Positions 17,534 through 26,826 of a DNA stretch of 35,886 bases are shown here, piece by piece. Positions within the stretch are counted from its first letter, which is position 1. The number at the start of each line of letters is the position of its first letter. The DNA lies in the IMG/VR virus record IMGVR_UViG_3300037478_000284, positions 1 to 35,886 of that record. One strand, 5' to 3'. The notes beneath the pieces are model-generated. The model saw only the letters and a list, made by a program, of their open reading frames with translations. It searched no databases and was not told the origin of the DNA. The position numbers were made by a program, and so were the translations under genes. This stretch comes from a virus. Lineage: Duplodnaviria > Caudoviricetes.

Positions 17534-18441
17534 CAGTACCCTCCGACGAGCTGGTCGATGACGGGGGCGTACGTCACCCCCGCCGTGAAGGCCCGCTCTT
17601 CGCCCTCCAGCTCCTCTTCCTCGAAGCCCATGGCCTGAGCCGCCGGGCTCACGTTGCCGCCCACGGTGTTGGAACTGGTCCCCAACACCGAACCGTCGGC
17701 CGCGTAGCGCGTAACGGTCGTCGTTCGCCGTGGATTCGCCCGCTCCTTGGCGTTGAGCGCCGAGACGAACTGGCGAAGCTGGTCCTCAGTGGGCTCGCGG
17801 CCCACGCGACGCGTGATGGCCTCGATGATCAGCTCACGCGCCGTGTCCGGGTCGGTGAGTTGCAACGAGGTGTCGACGCGAGTCTCCTCGTAGGGCTCGC
17901 CCTGGCCGTAGTACTCGTCGCGCATGCGCTTGAGCGTGTCCTCGGCCTTGAAGGTGCCGGGGGCGCCGTCCTTGGCGTAGCGCGCCAGAACCTCCCACAC
18001 CAGCTCCATGGGGTCGTCGCGCGGGTCGACGCCGTAGGCCGCCTCGGCCTCGCGCACCGCGCGTGTCCACAGCTCGGCCAACATCACCGGGTCGTTGGGA
18101 TCCAGCCCGGCTTCGCGCGCCAGCCCCATCAGGCGCCGTCGGTCCTGCTGCATACGATTGCGCTCGTCACGCATGTCCTGCGCGGCGCGGGTCTGTAGCC
18201 GGCCCGGAGACTGCGGCGTGGCACCGAACACCTGCGGGGTGGCCGCCGAAACGGCCGCCCCGATCGGGTACCGGTACGAGAAGTGCATGAGCAGCTGGTC
18301 CCAGATGGTCGGCTGGCCCACGCCCGTGGTGCCGCCGAACTGGGTCGACTGGCCCTGAGGCTGGACGGCACCGGCCCATCGGGAGATGCCAGAGGTGATG
18401 AAGCCCCCGGTGCCGCTCTGATCGTCGGCCAGAACTGCCAT
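17533..18441 (-). CDS. Putative internal virion protein
   Basis: AGGAG RBS; TGATG coupling; context in the ejection-protein cluster. Confidence 0.6.
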   Translation of the reverse strand: MAVLADDQSGTGGFITSGISRWAGAVQPQGQSTQFGGTTGVGQPTIWDQLLMHFSYRYPIGAAVSAATPQVFGATPQSPGRLQTRAAQDMRDERNRMQQDRRRLMGLAREAGLDPNDPVMLAELWTRAVREAEAAYGVDPRDDPMELVWEVLARYAKDGAPGTFKAEDTLKRMRDEYYGQGEPYEETRVDTSLQLTDPDTARELIIEAITRRVGREPTEDQLRQFVSALNAKERANPRRTTTVTRYAADGSVLGTSSNTVGGNVSPAAQAMGFEEEELEGEERAFTAGVTYAPVIDQLVGGY

Positions 18442-18442
18442 G

Positions 18443-21400
18443 TCACGCTCCTAGCCGTGCGCCGTTGGAGCCGTTCGTCAGCGTGTGCCGGTCGAGGAAC
18501 CGGTGGTACACGTCCGCGAAAGCCAAGTTGTCTTGAACGATCGCCGCCGCGTTGGCGTTGAAGATGAAGAACAGGTCCTCGTTGTCGGCGACTTCGATGT
18601 TGGCCGAACCGCCGGCCGCCGCCCGAGCGTCAAGCTCGGCGGCGACAGCGTCGTGCAGCTCCATGTACTGCGCGACACCCTCCCACTCGACGCGTCCAGC
18701 CATCTCGCCGGAGCGCAGCGCGCCGCGGAACTCGTCGACCACCTCGTACGACTTGCCCTTGTCGACGCTGTCGTACGCGTCCGACCAGCCGGGGTACTGC
18801 TGGCGAAGTAGCTGAACCATCTGCACCTTGAGCAGCTGCAGATCCTCCGCGCCCTTGCGCTGAATGTTGCCGGCCACCGGTTGGTCGTTGACCAGATCGA
18901 CGATGCCGCGGGCCACCAGCTCGGCGTCAATGTCGACGTTGAACTCGCGCCAGCGCTTCCAGCCCTCCTGGGCCTGCGCGTACGCCAGGGCCTCTTCCGG
19001 CGACTGCCGCTCGCGCATGAACACGCCCGAGCCCGGGTACGTTTCCGTCCGGCCCTGCAGGTCGTACACGTTGTAGTTGAACGGCGAGTCCTGGGTGTTC
19101 ATGCCCACGAGCGCGAGGCCGATGTGCGGGTACTTGCCGATCAGGTCCCGGTGCTGCTTGGTCATGGTCCAGGCCTCGGACGTCGGCGGGACGCCGACGT
19201 TGTTCTTCGAGTTGGTGTACCAGAAGTAGTACACGTCGTCGCCGAAGTCCTCGATGAACTTGGTGTAGCCCTCGTCGAAACCGAACTCGTCCTGGTACTG
19301 GTGCGCCTGGTCCACGAAGAACTGCATGTCCGACTTCAACTCGAACGAGAACGGCGAGATGGCTGCGCCCACGATGTAGGCGGCCTGAATGGCCTTGGCC
19401 TTCTCCACCGACTCGGCCTTGTCCGGGGGCTCCCCGACGCGGCCGTTTCGCTCCCACTCGACCCACGCCGCCTTGTGCAGCAGCGTCGCCGAGTTGGAGA
19501 ACACCGGGTCGCGGTTGCCCGCGGCGAAGCGGCGCACCCGTCGCACCAGTGTGGGCGCAATGGCGTCCCACGCGTCCGACGGCGCGCCTGTCGGGAACAG
19601 GTACGTGTACAGGAACGACGTGGCCGCATTGTCGTCGGACAGCTCTGGCATGTCGCCGATGGCGGCACTGGCGGACAGCTGCACAATGGCGCCGCCGGCC
19701 GGCAGCCAGAACGGGTCGCCCTGCAGTGTGGTGTTCAGAGTCTGCTTGTTGACGTCCATGCGCACCGCGCCGTCCTCGTCGGCCAAGTCGTCCACGACGT
19801 CGCGGAAGTCCTTGCCGGTGTCGGCCGGGATGGTGTAACTGAGCGCCTTGAGCATGCCCTTCGGCAGCGACAGCGAGATCTTGTCCAGGTCGCCGTGCAG
19901 TGGGTCGTCTGCGGTGCGCCCCTCGGAGTCGATCTCCGTGACGCCCCACAGGTCGCCCATCGACTCCCAGCCGTTCACGTACAGGCGCACGAACGCCTCG
20001 GGATTCTCCGTGACGACACGGCCCCACGCCAGCATGGTCTCCTTCCAGGCGCCCATGAACGGCGACAGGAAGCGGAACCAGCGGATCAGGTCGGTGTCGT
20101 TGTCCACCGTGTTGAACAGGTAGCGCTTGACCTGCTGCAGAGCAAACGCCCGCGCCTGGGCTACGAAGGCCCTGGATTGGGCCGCCGACAGCGGCCCGAA
20201 GTTGTCCGGCAGGTCGCTGACCAGATTCTGCAGGAAGTGCCGGTACTGCCGGTCGAAGAACGGGTTCCGCGCCAGCACGTCCGTGGGCACGGTGGCCAGG
20301 GCGTTGTAGCCCTTGTCGATGATGCTGTACACGGTGTCGGCGAAGGCGCCGCGACCGGTGACCAGTTCCAGCGCCGACTCGTCGATCGACACGGGCGAGT
20401 AGCGCCCCGTGTCGTCGATGATGGTCTGCAGGTCGCGCACGTCGATGGCCTGGCTGTCGGCCAGCCGGATGCGCAGGTCGCCCACGTCGTCCGGCACCAG
20501 TTCGTCCAACTGCTGGCGGTACTCGTCGACCCACTTGTCCGGATCGGCGCCCCGCACCGGATTCCGGCGGCGGGCCTCGACGCCCGCCGACTGGTACTTG
20601 AGCCAGTGCGCGATGTCGTCGTTGGTCTCGCCGTGCAGCATCTTCTGGAAGATGGGGTCGTACCGCACCTGGTTGTTGAGCACGTGCGCCCACGCCTCGG
20701 CGTGGCCGGCGTCACCCTCCAGGGTCTTGCGGGTGCGCATCTGCGTCTTGCGCAGCGACCACACGCTGTCGTTGAACAGGTTCGCGAATCGGTCCACCGA
20801 GCCTCGCGAAGAGTTGAGGGACAGCCACACGTCGCCCGAGCCCGGCGCGAATGACGCGTCGAACTCCTTGCCCGGGCCGATGACGACGCGCTTGGCGGAC
20901 TGGCCCTGGTGCGCCCGGTATTCGAAGCGAGCACCCTTCCACTTGGACGCAGCGGGCGAGTGGCGGGTCACAAAGTTGGCCACCCGCGTGCCGGTGTTCC
21001 GTAGACTGATCGCGCCGGCCTTCGGCATGTCCACGAGCAGGTTGGTGAACGCGCCCGTGTGGCCCAGGATGCGCAGCGTCTCTTCGGACACGTTACGCAT
21101 CGGGTAGCCGAACCGGAACAGCACGCCGACCTTCCAGAAGGTGTTGAAGATGTCCAGCGCGTCCGTGGTGATGCCCTTGCCCTTGGCGAGCGTCGCCTTG
21201 AACGAGTTCTTGAGTGCGTCGCCGTAGATGGTCAGGAACCGGTCCATGTCCTTGGCGGACACCGGCACGACGTAGTTCTCCAGCTGTGTCAGCGAGACGG
21301 GCATGTCGACGTGGTAGACGCCGCTGCCCTCGGCGTAGTTGTAGCGGCGGAAGTCGTCCGCGTCGACGCCCGAGGCGGCGGCCTCGTTGGCCCGCTTGCG

Positions 21401-23638
21401 GATGTCGGCGAAGATCTCGCCCTGCCGGCCCTTCACCCGCTGCATGATCTGCAGTGCGGCGTCGGGGGTGAAGCCGTGCTTCACCGCGACGGCCTCCAGG
21501 GCCAGGTCCTCGATCTGGTGCGCCGCAGCGCCCCGCTCCAGGTCGTTGCGCGTCGAGGCCGCCTTGTTCAGCAGCTCGCGGCGCATCGACTCCCAGCCGT
21601 CGAAGTTCTTGGTGCCGGCGAACGCGTTCAGCGTGTCGGCGTCGCCGACGGCGTCCGCGACCTCGTCCAGGATCCGCGGCGCCTGCGTCTGCAGGGACTG
21701 GTGGCCGGACAGGTCGATGGCCGCCGAGCGCTTGAGCCACGCGGCGCGCGGCACATGCACCACAGTGGCGGACACGCCGGCCGCATTCGACGGCCGCATG
21801 GTGCGGCTCGTGATGCGGCTGTACTTGTGCTGGCGGGGCTTGAACTGGCCGATGCGCAAGAAGTCCACGTCCGGGCTGTCCAGCGTGGCGCTCATGAAAC
21901 GGTTGTACGAGTCGTAGGTGCGCAACTGCATGTCCAGTTGCATTCCGCGGTCGGACATCTCTTCGATCGTCTCGTGCTGCGAACGCACGCGGGCCCACCG
22001 CTCGCTGGCGGCCAAGATCCGGCCGTCCTGCATTTCGGCGCGGGCCAGTTCCGACTCGTAGTGCTCGACGTTCCTGAGCCGGCCCAGGTCGTCGCCGAGG
22101 AGCTTGGACTCCTGCGTGGACGCGTAGTACATGGCGTCCTGCAGTTCCTTGCGTTCGGCCAGCTTGGCCCGAGCCAGGCCGTTGCCCATCATGGACGCGA
22201 CGCCGTCCTCGAACAGCTCCTGGTCGTAGGCGAACGTGCCGTCGGCCTTGCGCTTGAACGTGGACGCGGAGGCCACCTTGTCCCACTCCAGGGGTCGCGC
22301 CAGCGACACCTCCCGGAACAGGTCGGCGCCCAACAGGTCCTTCTTGAAGGCGGGGACCTCTTCGGCGATCCGCACCGCGTCCCAGTGCTCGGGGTCGGCG
22401 CGAACCTTGTCGCGCAGGTCGTACATGTTGTTGCGCAGGCTGACGGCTCGCTGCCCGATCGGGTCCAGCGGCGAGATGCCGGAACGCACGTCATTCCAGC
22501 GGCTCTGCGGCGTGGCCACGATGTGCTGGATCCGCTGCCGCGCGAAGTTGGGCATACGGTCCCAGTCGGCTCGCGTCACGGCGCGAGCCGCACCCGCGGC
22601 CTTGGCGCCCACCACGAGCGGGTCCAGGTACCAGCGGATGGCGAAGTCGGTGGCGCCAGAGACGGCGTTGTACGTCAGCGAGTCCTCACGAACGTCGCGG
22701 TACCCCTGGTTGACCGGATTGCCGAACTCGTCGAAGCCCTCGCCGTACGCCTCGTCCAGGTTGTCGCCCAGGAAGAACGGGTCGACGGCGGCCTGGCCGG
22801 GGGAAACGTTCTCGGCCCGCTCCCACGACTCGCGCCAGTCGTCGGCGTCAGTCAGGTTGCCGAACGTCTCGACGCCGAACGGGTCGCTGCCAGCGCGCAT
22901 GCCCGCGGTCTGCTGGAACAGCGCCGAGGCCGGGTCGGCCACGTACGGCTGGTAGACTTCGCGTTCCACCCACTCGAAGGGTTCTATGGCGCGGTTCGCC
23001 CAGTCCTTGCCCTGGTACCGCTCGTAGGCGTTGGACAGTTCGGCGCTCCACTCGCCAGTGTTGAGCGCGCGGCGCGCGTCGGCGACCAGTGCCGGGTCCA
23101 GCTCGGCGTCGTGCTGGAGGCCGTCGATGGCCGAGTCCTGCGAGTCCTGGGCGTCGAGCCACTTGCGCTCGGTGCGGTTCAGCCCGGTCTCTTCGTCGGT
23201 GTCGCCCAGTGCGCCGACCAAGTCGCCGAACCAGCCGGAGACCTTGTCCCTGGCGAACTTGAACTTGTCACCGATCTGCGTCGGGTTCGGGGTCCACCAG
23301 TCGCCCCAGTTCTTGATGTCGCCGTGCTCCACGGGTCCCGGCTTCTGGCCGGGCGCACGCACGATGTTCGAGCCGGCGTCGGCGGCGCCGGCCACACCCT
23401 GGCCGGGCATAGCGGCGCCAGCGCCCTGCAGCGCCATGGCGTCGAGCCAGCGTCGCTGGTTCATCTCGATCGAGTTGGTCTGGACCGCGTTCAGCATGTC
23501 CTCGAACGTGGTCGGCTGCACTGGGGCGGTGCCCAGGTCAACGGCCGCGCCGTACAGGGGCTCCGGCTGGGCGGCGGTGACCGTGGCGGCGCCCAGGACG
23601 CCCACCCGGTTCATCCACCACTTGTCGTAGCCGGCCAT
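18443..23638 (-). CDS. Large internal virion / DNA ejection protein (about 1731 aa)
   Basis: Very long helical ORF with GC3-rich codons; ATG at 23638 well spaced from GAGGGA; 'NTFWKVGVLFRFGYPMRNV.E' and 'RFLSPFMGAW.E' resemble podoviral ejectosome proteins rather than tape measures. Confidence 0.7.
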   Translation of the reverse strand: MAGYDKWWMNRVGVLGAATVTAAQPEPLYGAAVDLGTAPVQPTTFEDMLNAVQTNSIEMNQRRWLDAMALQGAGAAMPGQGVAGAADAGSNIVRAPGQKPGPVEHGDIKNWGDWWTPNPTQIGDKFKFARDKVSGWFGDLVGALGDTDEETGLNRTERKWLDAQDSQDSAIDGLQHDAELDPALVADARRALNTGEWSAELSNAYERYQGKDWANRAIEPFEWVEREVYQPYVADPASALFQQTAGMRAGSDPFGVETFGNLTDADDWRESWERAENVSPGQAAVDPFFLGDNLDEAYGEGFDEFGNPVNQGYRDVREDSLTYNAVSGATDFAIRWYLDPLVVGAKAAGAARAVTRADWDRMPNFARQRIQHIVATPQSRWNDVRSGISPLDPIGQRAVSLRNNMYDLRDKVRADPEHWDAVRIAEEVPAFKKDLLGADLFREVSLARPLEWDKVASASTFKRKADGTFAYDQELFEDGVASMMGNGLARAKLAERKELQDAMYYASTQESKLLGDDLGRLRNVEHYESELARAEMQDGRILAASERWARVRSQHETIEEMSDRGMQLDMQLRTYDSYNRFMSATLDSPDVDFLRIGQFKPRQHKYSRITSRTMRPSNAAGVSATVVHVPRAAWLKRSAAIDLSGHQSLQTQAPRILDEVADAVGDADTLNAFAGTKNFDGWESMRRELLNKAASTRNDLERGAAAHQIEDLALEAVAVKHGFTPDAALQIMQRVKGRQGEIFADIRKRANEAAASGVDADDFRRYNYAEGSGVYHVDMPVSLTQLENYVVPVSAKDMDRFLTIYGDALKNSFKATLAKGKGITTDALDIFNTFWKVGVLFRFGYPMRNVSEETLRILGHTGAFTNLLVDMPKAGAISLRNTGTRVANFVTRHSPAASKWKGARFEYRAHQGQSAKRVVIGPGKEFDASFAPGSGDVWLSLNSSRGSVDRFANLFNDSVWSLRKTQMRTRKTLEGDAGHAEAWAHVLNNQVRYDPIFQKMLHGETNDDIAHWLKYQSAGVEARRRNPVRGADPDKWVDEYRQQLDELVPDDVGDLRIRLADSQAIDVRDLQTIIDDTGRYSPVSIDESALELVTGRGAFADTVYSIIDKGYNALATVPTDVLARNPFFDRQYRHFLQNLVSDLPDNFGPLSAAQSRAFVAQARAFALQQVKRYLFNTVDNDTDLIRWFRFLSPFMGAWKETMLAWGRVVTENPEAFVRLYVNGWESMGDLWGVTEIDSEGRTADDPLHGDLDKISLSLPKGMLKALSYTIPADTGKDFRDVVDDLADEDGAVRMDVNKQTLNTTLQGDPFWLPAGGAIVQLSASAAIGDMPELSDDNAATSFLYTYLFPTGAPSDAWDAIAPTLVRRVRRFAAGNRDPVFSNSATLLHKAAWVEWERNGRVGEPPDKAESVEKAKAIQAAYIVGAAISPFSFELKSDMQFFVDQAHQYQDEFGFDEGYTKFIEDFGDDVYYFWYTNSKNNVGVPPTSEAWTMTKQHRDLIGKYPHIGLALVGMNTQDSPFNYNVYDLQGRTETYPGSGVFMRERQSPEEALAYAQAQEGWKRWREFNVDIDAELVARGIVDLVNDQPVAGNIQRKGAEDLQLLKVQMVQLLRQQYPGWSDAYDSVDKGKSYEVVDEFRGALRSGEMAGRVEWEGVAQYMELHDAVAAELDARAAAGGSANIEVADNEDLFFIFNANAAAIVQDNLAFADVYHRFLDRHTLTNGSNGARLGA

Positions 23639-23648
23639 GCCCACTCCC

Positions 23649-24071
23649 TCAGGAACTCTGTGCCATCCGCGCTTCGAGCTGTCGGACGAGCTGCTTGGTC
23701 GCGCGTGACGCCTCGGGTCGCGAGGCCAGAGCCTTCATCAGGCCGAAGTAGTTGCGCGTGCGCAGGATGTCGTACTCGGCCGGCGCCGATGGCGTGTTGG
23801 GCACCGCGGCGCCCTGCGTCACCGGCATCTCGGGGAACTGCGAAGGCTCGCCGAGGCCCACGATGCCGCTGGCGTCGACCGGCGGCAGCTGGCCGGCGGC
23901 CATCGGCGCCGCCTGCTGCATCTCGCGGAAGTCCTTGGCTTCGCCGTAGTCGGCGTCGGGCAACTCGCGGATGGGCTGCTGGCCCGGCCCGCCGTCGGTG
24001 CGCCGGCTCAGCGCGCCAGGACCACTCACCGGAGCCGGATTCGCCGGCCTACGGTATCCGCCGTGTGGCAT
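23649..24071 (-). CDS. Hypothetical virion protein downstream of portal
   Basis: 'GGYRRPANPAPVSGPGALSRRTDGGP' motif; AAGGAG RBS. Confidence 0.75.
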   Translation of the reverse strand: MPHGGYRRPANPAPVSGPGALSRRTDGGPGQQPIRELPDADYGEAKDFREMQQAAPMAAGQLPPVDASGIVGLGEPSQFPEMPVTQGAAVPNTPSAPAEYDILRTRNYFGLMKALASRPEASRATKQLVRQLEARMAQSS

Positions 24072-24285
24072 CGGTCGGCTCCTTCGTCAGGGCTTCCAAT
24101 TCGAGGGCCGCGCGTTCGGCGAACTTGGCCCGCGCGGCCTTGTGCTTGTTGTGGGCGTCGAGGTGGCGGCCCAGGATCCTCGGATACCAGGCCAGCTCTT
24201 CGACCACGTCGCCGGTCTGCTTGAGCAAGTCGCCGAACAGGGACACGAGGCTGAATCCCTGCTTGCGAGGTCCGACGTAGGCCAT
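24049..24285 (-). CDS. Hypothetical protein
   Basis: GAGGAG RBS; GC3-rich. Confidence 0.65.
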   Translation of the reverse strand: MAYVGPRKQGFSLVSLFGDLLKQTGDVVEELAWYPRILGRHLDAHNKHKAARAKFAERAALELEALTKEPTDATRRIP

Positions 24286-24382
24286 GGCGATCTCCTCAGA
24301 ACAGTTGAACGGCGACCCACACGATGATCGCGATGTCTCGGACGACGGCGATCAGGGTGACAATGGACACGGCTCCTCCTCT

Positions 24383-24458
24383 TGGCTGAGTGGGCGAGAT
24401 TCGAACTCGCATCTTCCGGTTTTGGAGACCGGCGCTCTCCCAGTTGAGCTACCCCCCA
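24383..24458 (-). tRNA. tRNA-Trp (CCA anticodon), 3'-CCA encoded
   Basis: TGGGGGG-TA-GCTC-AACTGGGA-GAGC-G-CCGGT-CTCCAAA-ACCGG-AAGAT-GCGAG-TTCGAAT-CTCGC-CCACTCA-G-CCA; one G.A mismatch in the acceptor stem. Confidence 0.92.
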
Positions 24459-24510
24459 TTGGGCCGGCGGCGTCCTGGCGATTCACTCCGATTGGCGTCG
24501 GCCGGCGTAG

Positions 24511-24586
24511 TGGCGGGAGCGGGATTCGAACCCGCGTCGGAGGGCTTATGAGGCCCGGCTGGTACCTAGCTCCAGTCCATCCCGCT
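24511..24586 (-). tRNA. tRNA-Met (CAT), probably initiator-like
   Basis: Acceptor AGCGGGA/TCCCGCC-A with a 1:72 mismatch; anticodon arm GGGC-CTCATAA-GCCC; T arm GCGGG-TTCGAAT-CCCGC; atypical D arm. Confidence 0.85.
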
Positions 24587-24697
24587 CTGCGTGAAGGGCG
24601 CCCAATCCGGCCGAAGCCGCTGCCCACTGTTACGGCGATGCAGCAGGGTCGTTTAAGTCGCCCGGTACTGTGTAAGGGGCGACCCCTTCGTCATGAC

Positions 24698-24746
24698 GCC
24701 CGGCGAGGAGGAGCGAACCTCTGGCTCCAGAGACTCCTCGCCGGGC
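24698..24746 (-). terminator. Long hairpin (terminator or processing site) upstream of the tRNA cluster
   Basis: 13-bp perfect stem GCCCGGCGAGGAG / CTCCTCGCCGGGC right after the stop at 24752. Confidence 0.55.
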
Positions 24747-24751
24747 AAGTT

Positions 24752-24928
24752 TCAGTCCTGCCTACTCAGCTGGACCGCGTTGTCCAGGGCGTCGAAGAGT
24801 GGGCGGAGTTCTGAGCCCCACGCCTCGCGGAACTCGGCCTTCTCCGTCTCCGACGCCTTGGCCCACTGTCGAATCAGGAAGTCGCGAACCTCACCCAGGG
24901 TCAGTTCCTTGGCCTTGGCCTTCGTCAT
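24752..24928 (-). CDS. Small hypothetical protein (58 aa)
   Basis: ATG at 24928 with GGAGGA RBS overlapping the portal stop; MTKAKAKELTLGEVRDFLIRQW... Confidence 0.65.
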   Translation of the reverse strand: MTKAKAKELTLGEVRDFLIRQWAKASETEKAEFREAWGSELRPLFDALDNAVQLSRQD

Positions 24929-24939
24929 CTTGTCCTCCA

Positions 24940-26826
24940 TCAGGGTACGGGTGTCATGCGACGCATGCCAGCGGACATGCGGGGTTCGCCGCTCTGGGAC
25001 AGACTGGACATCAGCATCTGCAGTCCGCCCTGCGGCGGCGCGTTGCCGCTCGGCGCCGGAGCGCCCTCGGCCGGCTGCTGCGCGCCCAGCTCCTGCCTGG
25101 CGGCCTCGATCGGGTTCGTGGCGGCCACCTGCTGCTGTTGCGCCTGCTGGGCCGCCAGCTCCTCCTTGGTCGGCTCTAGCGCCTTGAGCAGCGCCTCGAC
25201 GTTGCTCAGGCCCTTGGCCCGGTTGGTGCGATAGCGCGCCAGCTGGCGCAACTGTTGCGACGGGTCCTGGCCCATCTGGGCTGCGGCGGGCCAGGAGGCG
25301 ATCCACTGCTGGATGCCGGCCTTGAGCGCGTCGTCGGCGTCCTCGTCGTCCACCGCCTTGGCCAGGTCGGTGGCCGAAGCGTTGAACGCCTTGGCGTACT
25401 GCTCGCGCACGACCGAGCGCGGGATCTCCTTGTCGCCGCGCAGTTGCAGCGCGAAGATGAGGCCCCGCTGGTGGTCCATGCCGTAGGCCAGGCCGTACGA
25501 GATCTTCACCGAGTAGTTGCCGGCGATGTCCGTCGACGGCGAGTAGGACTCGACGAATGGGGCGCCGTCGGCGTCCCCCTCGATGTCCTGCGACTTGTCG
25601 GGCCACAGCGTCTCGTCCAGCCGCAGCGCGTAGCTGCAGGCCTCCTTGAGCGCCCGCCCGATCAGGTCCTGGTACGTCTTGACCTGCGAGTCCATGGTGC
25701 CGAGCAGTTCCTTGACGCCCGCCCCAGTGATGACCGAGGCGTCGATGGAGCCGGAACGACCCTCGGGGTAGCGGGCGGCCGAGCGCGACTCGGCCTGCAG
25801 GATCTCGTTCTCGGCGAACACGCCGGTTGGGATGTCCAGGCGCACCCGCTCGACCGCGTTGGGCGCCGTCGAGTCGGTCTGAATCTTGGCGTTCGGGCCG
25901 TAGTTGAACTGGGTGACGTCCTTGGGCATGCGAATCGGCGCGTTGATGGCCTTGTCCGCGGCCTCCAGCGTGAACAGCGCCATGCGCGCACGAGCCACCT
26001 GCACCCACAGGGCCTGGTCGTAGGCCCCGGTGGCAGGGCCGGACTTACGCTTGGGCAGTTCGGCCAGGAACACCGGCACGCGGCCGGGCGTCGGATTCGG
26101 CGCGGCCGACAGTGCGAGGCCGTCGCGACCGGGCATGAACAGGCACGTCTTTTGGCCGTCGTAGTAGCGGACCACCTCGACCAGCTCGTTGTCCGAGTCG
26201 GCGGTCCAGGCCAGGTCCACGATGCCGTTGCGGTCCAGCTGCCTGCCGTACTTGATGCGGTACTTGAGGTGCGGGAACTTGGCGGCCAGCTCGGCCACAG
26301 TCTCGTGCCACGACTCCCAGAAGTTGGTGACGCGGCCGTACAGGTCGACTACCCAGTAGGCGCCCTGCGGATTCGCGGCGCGGAACCGGACCCGCTCCTC
26401 CGCGAGGTCGGCGTCCACGACGATGGGCAGCGCGGCCAGCGACACGAAACGGTCGCAAGCCGAGTACATCTCGTTCTGCAGGTTCGAGCGGTCCAGGGCG
26501 TCGATCAGGATGCGGGTGCGCTTGTCGGCCGCCCGCTTGGAGTTCTCGTAAGACGGGTTCGCGGCGCGGGCGTGAACCTCGGGCAGCTCGCCCAGCAGCT
26601 CGCCCAGGTCGCGGGCCGCTAGGTCCACGACGTTGGCCACGATCTGCTTCGGGAAGCGCTTGGGGAACAGGCCCGGCATGAGTGCGTCGACCTGGCCGTC
26701 ACGCGCCAGGTCCACCAGCTCGTGCCGGTGGTCCCGCTCCAGGAACCGGTGCCTGGCGTTGTGGTACGCCGTCAGCAGGTCGCCGTAGAACTGCACCTCG
26801 CCGCCCGGCATCAGCGTTTGTGTCAT
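24940..26826 (-). CDS. Portal protein (podovirus/P22-like)
   Basis: TGATG coupling to terL; about 628 aa; 'IVANVVD.AARD..E', 'ADKRTRI', 'RYPEGRSG.IDASVITG.GV', Gln/Pro-rich C-terminal extension. Confidence 0.88.
   Translation of the reverse strand: MTQTLMPGGEVQFYGDLLTAYHNARHRFLERDHRHELVDLARDGQVDALMPGLFPKRFPKQIVANVVDLAARDLGELLGELPEVHARAANPSYENSKRAADKRTRILIDALDRSNLQNEMYSACDRFVSLAALPIVVDADLAEERVRFRAANPQGAYWVVDLYGRVTNFWESWHETVAELAAKFPHLKYRIKYGRQLDRNGIVDLAWTADSDNELVEVVRYYDGQKTCLFMPGRDGLALSAAPNPTPGRVPVFLAELPKRKSGPATGAYDQALWVQVARARMALFTLEAADKAINAPIRMPKDVTQFNYGPNAKIQTDSTAPNAVERVRLDIPTGVFAENEILQAESRSAARYPEGRSGSIDASVITGAGVKELLGTMDSQVKTYQDLIGRALKEACSYALRLDETLWPDKSQDIEGDADGAPFVESYSPSTDIAGNYSVKISYGLAYGMDHQRGLIFALQLRGDKEIPRSVVREQYAKAFNASATDLAKAVDDEDADDALKAGIQQWIASWPAAAQMGQDPSQQLRQLARYRTNRAKGLSNVEALLKALEPTKEELAAQQAQQQQVAATNPIEAARQELGAQQPAEGAPAPSGNAPPQGGLQMLMSSLSQSGEPRMSAGMRRMTPVP

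Noticed and set aside
18443-23638. Tape measure protein call for the largest ORF
   Set aside because: No tail tube or chaperone genes nearby, it lies between portal and scaffold, and it lacks tape-measure periodicity
21059-24280. 1073-aa plus-strand ORF and other long plus-strand ORFs (5450-7537, 18881-20854, 27390-28835, 28925-31279)
   Set aside because: Antisense shadows of GC3-rich minus-strand genes; no RBS or recognisable motifs
24459-24510. HDV-like (theta) ribozyme in the tRNA-Met 3' trailer, suggested by GCCGGC repeats
   Set aside because: I could not build the nested double pseudoknot or locate the catalytic C; only a weak hairpin is supported
14513-24586. tRNAs as prophage attachment sites
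   Set aside because: They are full-length, internal to the late operon, have no duplicated 3' fragment in the window, and no integrase is visible
24752-26008. 418-aa ORF overlapping the portal gene
   Set aside because: Arg/Gly-rich off-frame read; only the last 58 codons have an RBS and a credible sequence
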